Assembly: GCA_051362555.1 (NCBI GenBank)
Contig: CM120646.1
Coordinates: 10,974,001 to 11,038,000, forward strand
DNA from: Lingula anatina
Taxonomy: Eukaryota > Animalia > Brachiopoda
DNA: 64,000 bases
Direction of reading: 5' to 3'
Shown: positions 56,643-64,000 of the stretch, piece after piece
How positions within the stretch are numbered: the first letter of the stretch is position 1
Layout: each line of letters opens with the position of its first letter
Translations under genes and position numbers: made by a program
The notes under the pieces: generated by a model
Database searches by the model: none
Seen by the model: the letters and a program-made list of their open reading frames with translations, nothing else
What the model was told of the DNA's origin: nothing

Positions 56643-59600
56643 TCAATAAAACAACTTCAAGACATGAAACATGACAAGTATGGCAAGCACGGCGCTGGAC
56701 TGGACTTGTACCCCCTTACTAGCCACCGGCGTCGTGGACGGAGCGGAAGTGGTGGACCTGGCGAGTATCGCAGGGATGGTGTCTAACCACAGGTTAATAC
56801 GCCGTGGTATGACGTCAGTTTTATTGACGATGACGTCACCGATGTCTAGATACTCTTCCCTCGTATATGAATACTGTGGCCATGGACTTGGTACAGTATC
56901 AGGAGTGTTAGGGTTTCTGGAATGTTACAAATATTAAAAAGCATAATGTAAAATGGCACTGTAATTACATGTATATGATCATTTTTTTCCGGACTAGAAT
57001 TGCTTATTTTACTTATTCTTATACAAAATATTAATACGATTCAGACATTAAATCTTGACACATTGTGCTGATTTCCAAATGTCCTCCTTCCAAGAAGTGT
57101 TGAAAGATGTACAGCAGTAATACACATTAGTACCAAATCTGTACACATATCTAAATGTCGTCAAAGTTTACGTATTCAAACTTACCCAGTTTTTGCAAAG
57201 TTTGCATAGTAGGTCATAAAAGCTCTGGAAACGTTCTTTTCTAATTCGGTGAAGGTGACGTTCAATAGAGAAGCACTAGCAGGTCCTAACATGAAGGCGA
57301 GCTCGTCTCCGTGGTTAACCCCCTTAAACCAGGCTGGCACGGGCAGGAGATGCGGGAATGACGGCTCCTTGGTGAAGTAGTATAGATAGGTGGAGCCACC
57401 TGACGCCATAAGATGACTTCTGAGGAATCCAACTGTTGGCACAGAAAACATGGTATCAGTATACAGGTTGACCATTAAGCGTCCAGTTTCTGCCATGTTT
57501 GCATTAGCATCGTAATAAACTTCTCTTAGTTTCTCTGCTATTTCATCTCTGTGGTAGGCGGAAGTCTGGGCAGCAAAATAAGGAATGAAAGAATCCCTCA
57601 TGTAAGTTGGAGGCACACCTAGAGTGATGTTGATAGGGCTGAAAGGGAGGTTAACTCCGCCATCAGAGTCCGTGAATCCACCCATGTAGTCTAGGGACAG
57701 AAAATGTGTCAACGCAGTTGAGCTGGGATCCTGCAGCATTTCCTCCACACTACGAGGAAACATGTCGCCATCGACAACAGGGGCAAAAAGAGATGCCAAC
57801 CGCCCTGGAAACAATGACTGATCTGACGCTCTAAGCAGGGCGGTTGCGTTGGCTGCACGAAGACAGTCCACCAACGATGCTGCAGCGTTACATCCAAGAT
57901 GCTGTCCAATCTTTGTAGCGACGTCAGGTCCGTCCTTCACCCAGGCCCAATCGCTTAGAGCGGTGCCACTCATGGATATAAAGCGTTGGAAAAGACCCCT
58001 GGAGGCTACCGTCATTGCGAGTTGTGAAACGCTACCGCCACCTGCCGATTCCCCGAAAATAGTCACACTGGAAATGATCATTTGGATACACACAATAAGT
58101 CGACTCAATTTAGTCATAAAATTTCGATCGATTTTTTTATAATGTCACTTATAAAAACTGACTCATATTTCACGTAAAGATACATAATATTGCAGTGTAC
58201 TAAACGGCCCATTGACTACAGTTTGCTCTTTCTTACTCTTTTGTACTCTTTCTTATCTGGGATAATTTCCGACTGTTTCGATGAGGATTCATGTTTATTC
58301 ACCGTATAGATCTTAAGGAAAATAGAAGTATATATATTGATGCATCTTTGAAGATCTACATTATAGTTGTAAAATACAATCCGAGCTTTCGGTCCCTGGG
58401 CCTTTTTCGGGGATTATGAACAAAAAGTCATAAGACTTTTTACAACTATAATGTAGATCTTCAAAGATGCATCAATATATATATACTTCAACTGTTTCGA
58501 AGAACGTATCCACTATGCGACGATGACCATTGATTTACATTAGCTCAATGCGTGTCTCACCTATCTGACAGTGATTAAGCCAGTGAGTTAAGCACTTACT
58601 TATTAGGGTCACCGCCAAAATTTCTTATGTTGTCTTGCACCCATTTGAGTCCCTCTATTTGATCCCAGAGTCCAGCGTTGCCAGGAGCGTCGACGTTACC
58701 AGTGGTCAAGAATCCAAATGGACCCACGCGGTAGTTGACTGATACCACGATGACGTCATTCTGTGCCGCTAATGACATGGGTAATATTTTGGAATGTTTA
58801 ATACAATTTAACGTTTCTGTTACACATGCAGTCCGAAAGCTATACTAATTTAAGTGTTCTATTAGTGTAATTCTGTTTCACGTCGCTCATTGTTTTTAAC
58901 TTACAAAAAAAGGTGCACAACATTTTCCGTAAGCTATAATAAGAGTGACGTAATCAAAATATCTCATAACATGACGTACCAAATTCATTAAAGATGTAAA
59001 GACTGGTGCCTCCTGTGGTGTAGGCCCCGCCATATATCCAGACCATTACCGCCTTCCTGTTGGTGCTGCTCACAGCCCCGGGGACGAACACATTCAGGGT
59101 TAGACAGTCTTCAGACGGCTGGAGTTAAAGAAAGGAATTAATGAATGAATAGTTAACGGTGCTGTCTATTCATGGCACGTTTAAAATGGTTAACTAATTA
59201 AACTTTTTGACGAAAAAGAGTCATCATCATCATCATCATCATCATCATTAGTTAACACTATCCCTCAATCAGACATACGCTCACAAACGTTGTGATTGCG
59301 TGGCATTTTCCTGTATACCGGTAATTCTATCAAGATTCCGAAGGATCCACTCCCTTAATTAAATCAGACATAGTTTGCAGTAGACGTATTGTCCAGGAAC
59401 GCGCAAATTTAACCAAAGTTGGCTAACGGACTACAAACAAAGACACCGCGTGAATTAGTTAAAGTGCTTATGTACATAAGCAAATGCCTCTGTCATACTC
59501 CCCCTCCCCTCCCATGTGCGATTTGGCAATTTTAGGACAAAAAGTATCTGATGTTAAAACTGCGGGTACGTTCAACAAATGACGTATCATCGCATTAACT

Positions 59601-61937
59601 TCGCCGGCCAATTTTCAAACTTATATTTTGGACACCACCCGGAGAAAAGGCTAGCAGAGGCAGACCAGGATTAATCGGCTAAAATAATATCACTTTGGAT
59701 TGAAGTCTCAAATTATTTCTGCTCTCTACTTAAGTTCAGCTGAGGGATAACATAAATCATGTACAAATTATCACCGGTGTCATGTACCAGAAAGTCCCCC
59801 ATAACAGAGAGCCCGCTTCCCATTCATTTGTACAGGTGAGCCTCGCCGCAGAATTTGACCCACTTAGGTCAAACCAGGGAATTATACCGATATAATTCCC
59901 TGGTCAAACTAACCCTAAGCATTATAACTATAAGGAGGGCAGACTTTCTGTCACACGGAACCTCAGTTTCGTTACACCGGTCACAGAAAAGTGCACAGAA
60001 TTAACCAGAGACGCTGTGTATCTGTGAATATCTAGTGACGTCCAATCTTTGGCACTGGTAGAGGATAAGTCACTCCCTGCTCTATGCCAAACAAACCCAA
60101 CCTCCTCACAAAAATGAACTAGGGCCATAGAAGACGTTTCATACTTCTCGTGTTTACCATGCTAAGGTAAACTTGTCCTCATTAGCTGCATAACGTTAAA
60201 CCGGTTTTGTCGCATCAGCCCTGATTAAGACGCGGAAGAGAACCCCGCAGCCTCAGCCTACTATTACCTTATTTCACAAGAATAGACACACGATCAAGTG
60301 CTCTAATAGTTGTTTAAATTTGCTTAACAATGCAAATATAGGTCTTATTCATACATTTGCCCAAGGTTTTGAACTAACTTGAATTAAGGGTTGGCGAATG
60401 TTCTACTCGCTGGCGCTTTTATCACTTTGTGATTTAGTTGCATCGTGGTATTGCTTAGTTCAGTCAATACACACCTAGCTTTGAAAAAATTAAATATTTT
60501 TATTACTTTGAGGCAGCATCTGTCCATGTGTAGTGAATCTTTCTAACTGGTGCACTGTGGAGACCTCAAATCATTATAGTTATTTATGAAAAGAAAAATA
60601 CTTTATCTAAGAAAACAGTATTTTTTTTTTACATTTTTATATGGGCGACAAAAATTGGAACTACAAATACAGCTTTTGAATGATTTTCAAGAGAATGATG
60701 ATGAAGATAAGCAGCCTGCATTCTTGTGAGAAATCCCTGAGAGGGGGTCACCTGATCCGCCCTTCTATAAAGTCTAACACGTTTTATATGTCTTTAAGAT
60801 CAGTATGTGTGCTATCGGCGTCACCACGCTCACTTTAAATGTGCCTTTATCTCGTTATTGATGATCTTGCGTAATGCGTTATACGGACACTTCACCTTAT
60901 TATCATAATGTCCGTTGTGACGAGAATGGAAGTTCGCTAGGAACCGTAGTCCCTTTCCCATTACTTTTGTAATCAGGTGACATTCGTCCCATATTCTAAC
61001 CCCAATACCCCAACTAACCCTAACCTGTACTTATAATATGGGACCCCGGACTTCCAATCCTAGGACCACTATTCCTGTAGCACCGGCATGAATGTTTTCT
61101 GATATCAATCGATATCTACATTCATTGTCTAAATTCTTTGATACTACAATTCCTTCCAACAGTGGGAGCAAAAATAATGTCATAAAAGCGCAGTGTCGAT
61201 TATTAGTAGAATTCCCCTTTTGGCTTCCTGCCAACACATTTGTCACATGAAAAGATGGCAAAATATTTATTTACACTGTCAATAATAGCGCAGTTTAGCT
61301 TTGAATAAAAGTAGACTATTTCCTGTACAAACGTAACTAGAACGTCTTCATTTTCATTAAATAAGATCATACTTCTGGCGCGACTTAATCTTTTTTAATC
61401 CAGTTATAGAGCGACAGATCTCAAACTTAAAGATGCATACAAAGTCAATTTTTTGTCACAAAAACCAACCAAATGCCAGCATATAGTTTCAAGTAGTATA
61501 ACTAAGATAATTACCAAAAGGCTGGTCAGTTTAATTCAGGGGCTTCCTTTGAACACGAGATTTCGACCAATCATGTAATACTAATAAGTACATATTACCA
61601 ATAAAAACATAGATATAATGTGAAGCAGTCACCGTAAAGGGAGTGGTACCCGGCTACGCTGACAAAATTTACCCTGTATTTCCTTTGCTGTCTTTAAGGC
61701 GGGTCTTAGCATTCATTGTTTACTTGTACATAAATAATTCAGGCCTATACACCATGCACTTTGATCGTTAAAAGGGTGATTCAAGTCTTCTGTTTTGACA
61801 AGAGTGAAATGAAAACATCAATGTAGCTGACGCTATAAATCTATCCACTGATGTAGGTTTATGACCAAAAAGGTAAAACATCCGAAATTTTAAGGTAAAA
61901 TATCATACTAACATTTTAAGGAAGTTCTAAAACTTTC

Positions 61938-61983
<46 letters not shown>

Positions 61984-62319
61984 AGCAGACATGCTCTCTC
62001 TCTCTCTCTCTTTTGTTACTACCTGGTCGCCATAAGGACTTGGGTCAGTGGCAGTCTGCATACACGCTGCACCGAAAGCGGTAGTCTGCTTAACCCCAGT
62101 CCAGTTAGAGGGCGGCTGTGGTTTCATAAACCTCAGAGCTCCTACAGGTGGTTCAGCAAAAGGAATCCCTAAGAACAGATTCACAGACTGTCCCTCTACT
62201 GTCGTCCCAAATCCTTGTATTACACCGTTTTTCGTGGTAACTTGAGGTTGGGCCGCCACGCCAGACATGACAGATAATGTCAGGAGTGCTTTGACAGTCC
62301 CAACCAATGTTGACGCCAT
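56643..62319 (-). CDS. Type B carboxylesterase/cholinesterase-family alpha/beta hydrolase, secreted and probably GPI-anchored, about 602 aa. Exons 62319-62023, 59118-58980, 58816-58600, 58067-57186, 56916-56643 (TGA)
   Basis: It has a signal peptide followed by [61 protein letters not shown], the nucleophile elbow [13 protein letters not shown], the acid motif GFTDSDG, the His motif HGDEL and NFAKTGNPN. It ends in a Ser/Thr spacer and the hydrophobic tail [16 protein letters not shown]. The exon 3 acceptor at 58816 is the least certain junction. Confidence 0.9.
58282..58490. mobile_element. Fold-back element with inverted arms of about 50 bp (58325-58374 / 58438-58489), flanked by a 10-bp direct repeat
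   Basis: The arm gaagtatatatattgatgcatctttgaagatctacattatagttgtaaaa matches its reverse complement apart from one TA unit. ACTGTTTCGA occurs at 58272-58281 and 58491-58500, and the element ends are TGA...TCA. Confidence 0.75.
59873..59904. repeat. Perfect inverted repeat with 14-bp arms (ACCAGGGAATTATA-ccga-TATAATTCCCTGGT)
   Basis: It is directly visible and is nested among TTTGACC/GGTCAAA motifs (59854-59908). It is probably a small mobile-element remnant. Confidence 0.8.
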
Positions 62320-63389
62320 GCTGTTACGCTTCTTCAAACCTGCCAGCCAAACAACTCAACCTAGGAAGTGAATGATTAACCTGTCAGAGATTACACGGTA
62401 AACCGCGCAGTGGCGACATGATTACTCATCTCCTCCTAGAAGCCTCGTCATCGACAGTCAGTCACGGCTATTTAGCAACAAGAATGTGCACGAGCCACGC
62501 CCGGTTGTCGCAGTGGAGAAAATTGCTCAACAAACGCAATTCGACGTACCGTTAGAAGATTATATGACTGTGACTGAAAATCTCCCAAAGAAAATTGTCA
62601 TTTTGTCCAAAATAGTATAATTTTAATGAGCTTTAGCTAAGTAACCCAGCAGAGTGATATTATATATGATGTATTATGAAACATTCTCTAAACATAAGCA
62701 GTGAAATCTTTTGCAGCACTTGCTGTAAACTGTCAGATTCTCGTCAAATTATGACTCACAGATACATTGAATTTATGTAGTGTTTTGTTATAAATATTTC
62801 CCAATAACATCACGTCAAGTTCGAAATCTTCACTACTTTATGCTAAATGACCGTGGGTATTAGGTCACGAAATACTACCTTTCAAAATATTTGTACACTT
62901 GACAAGATCTCGCTACAGTAGTTTTTATATGGAATTTTTAGTGATCTTAGACCTTATCTATTCCAAAGAATATTCATCTGTTTTGTAGGGCTGAGTAAAT
63001 GGTCGCAAGCAGGTTTACGTAACGTTCTAATATTGAGGCCTTTCGCACGTTATATTGGGCCCATATGTGGCACTGTTGCTTAGTTACAGGGTATATGCAT
63101 GGGATACTTGTGATACCACAATTCAGCTACAATTTTTTTTTATCAAATTGTAAATCGATATGACGGGTTCACAAGTAACCACAATGGATTTATCTGTATA
63201 GCTATATTGAAAAAGATTCACAGCTTTGTCGTGTCAGACCGTTAATTCCTAGTGAAATAACAAAATCATAGGCAAGTCCTAAACAACTTCTGGCCTACAA
63301 GGCTGAGGGTGAAGTTTCCATATAATAATTACAGTGCCGCTCCTTCTACAGTATAAAACGGCATATACGAGCGTGACGCAAAAGGGATC

Positions 63390-63479
63390 TAACCCGGGTG
63401 AGGATCGAACTCACGACCTTCAGGTGACTCTGAATCATAGATTATGTGACTGACGCGCTGCCTACTGCGCATGCTCAGA
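63390..63479 (-). tRNA. Elongator tRNA-Met(CAT)-derived gene with a 17-nt intron (63426-63442); probably a pseudogene
   Basis: The minus strand reads GCGCAGTAGGCAGCGCGTCAGTCACATA[ATCTATGATTCAGAGTC]ACCTGAAGGTCGTGAGTTCGATCCTCACCCGGGTTA, which matches the D, anticodon and T arms of eukaryotic elongator tRNA-Met. The B box is intact and a TTTT terminator lies at 63380-63383. U33 is changed to A and the 5' acceptor strand does not pair. Confidence 0.8.
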
Positions 63480-63552
63480 GGTTCCAAGTTCCAAGTTCCA
63501 AGTTGAGCTTCCTGCCGACGGCGCATGCCCGAGGGTTCCAAGTTCCAAGTTG
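63467..63552. repeat. Two imperfect direct repeats of GCGCATGC...(GTTCCAA)2-3GTTG
   Basis: The copies lie at 63467-63505 and 63521-63552. The first overlaps the 5' end of the tRNA. Confidence 0.8.
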
Positions 63553-63749
63553 CGAAGGCGGACAGGGGGGAAAGGGATCAAAAAACAAGTTCTGCAAATA
63601 ATAAAAAAATTAACAAACATGTATGAGAATTCGGCCTTTCTCGACTAAGTTGTAAAGCAGTATAGCTTCCACAACAACAAAGTTATAATTCTGATCGTCT
63701 ATGTCTCTTTTCTTTTCTATTAAAGCAAGGAGTTATAACAGAAGGAGAT

Positions 63750-63795
63750 TACACGCGTGGGGGCGGAGCCCGTATTACGGTCTCTCATTGGTCGG
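63750..63795. promoter_or_regulatory. GC box and CCAAT box cluster, possible promoter
   Basis: GGGGCGGAG (about 63760-63768) and ATTGG (about 63787-63791) lie in CpG-rich sequence, with NRF1-like GCGCATGC motifs nearby. The target gene is unknown. Confidence 0.35.
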
Positions 63796-64000
63796 AATGA
63801 ATAGAACCCAGAGAACAATGGATGCCTATCTCTGTTACGCTTAATTGCTACTCTCGTTTAAATCTCGTTTGTTAGTATCTGTGCCTTCGTCTGTTGATTT
63901 TTGAGGACAGAAACAGAAACGGAGTCCCAAGTTTCTAAAAAATGAGAGAAATACAGAATTTATATGATATTACGTTGGACAAGGTTTTCAAAAAAACAGG

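Noticed and set aside
58780-58998. U12 AT-AC intron or TTAC target duplication as the explanation for the esterase gap
   Set aside because: There is no ATATCCTT donor or TCCTTAAC branch site, and removing the segment at the TTAC repeats shifts the frame into a stop.
60910-61087. Possible Helentron-associated element with CTAACCC motifs ending CTGTAGCACCGG
   Set aside because: The ends cannot be defined without other copies, and it is not a telomeric array.

Overview
This is AT-rich, intron-containing animal genomic DNA, probably from an invertebrate bilaterian; the taxon cannot be fixed from sequence alone. Three spliced protein genes can be reconstructed with GT-AG introns and consistent phases. 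(1) The 3' part of fibrillarin (+, 270-3770). (2) A class 1 DYRK kinase, DYRK1A/minibrain-like (+, core exons 30824-49332, a probable first coding exon at 15240-15381 and a CpG-rich promoter at about 5.2-6.5 kb). (3) A secreted, probably GPI-anchored type B carboxylesterase (-, 62319-56643). The window also holds a damaged intron-containing elongator tRNA-Met gene, a 1.9-kb TA-flanked TIR transposon, a hAT-type MITE, a decayed RTE LINE 3' end, a fold-back element around a degenerate hammerhead-like motif, and microsatellites. The most notable observations are a 60-bp triplication across a fibrillarin splice acceptor that creates two stop-producing acceptors, possibly rescued by re-splicing; the FBL-DYRK1 tandem that matches the vertebrate FBL-DYRK1B linkage while the protein has DYRK1A-type tail motifs; and an apparent exonic insertion in the esterase that may be removed in frame as a new intron. 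All coordinates were read by eye and no searches were run.
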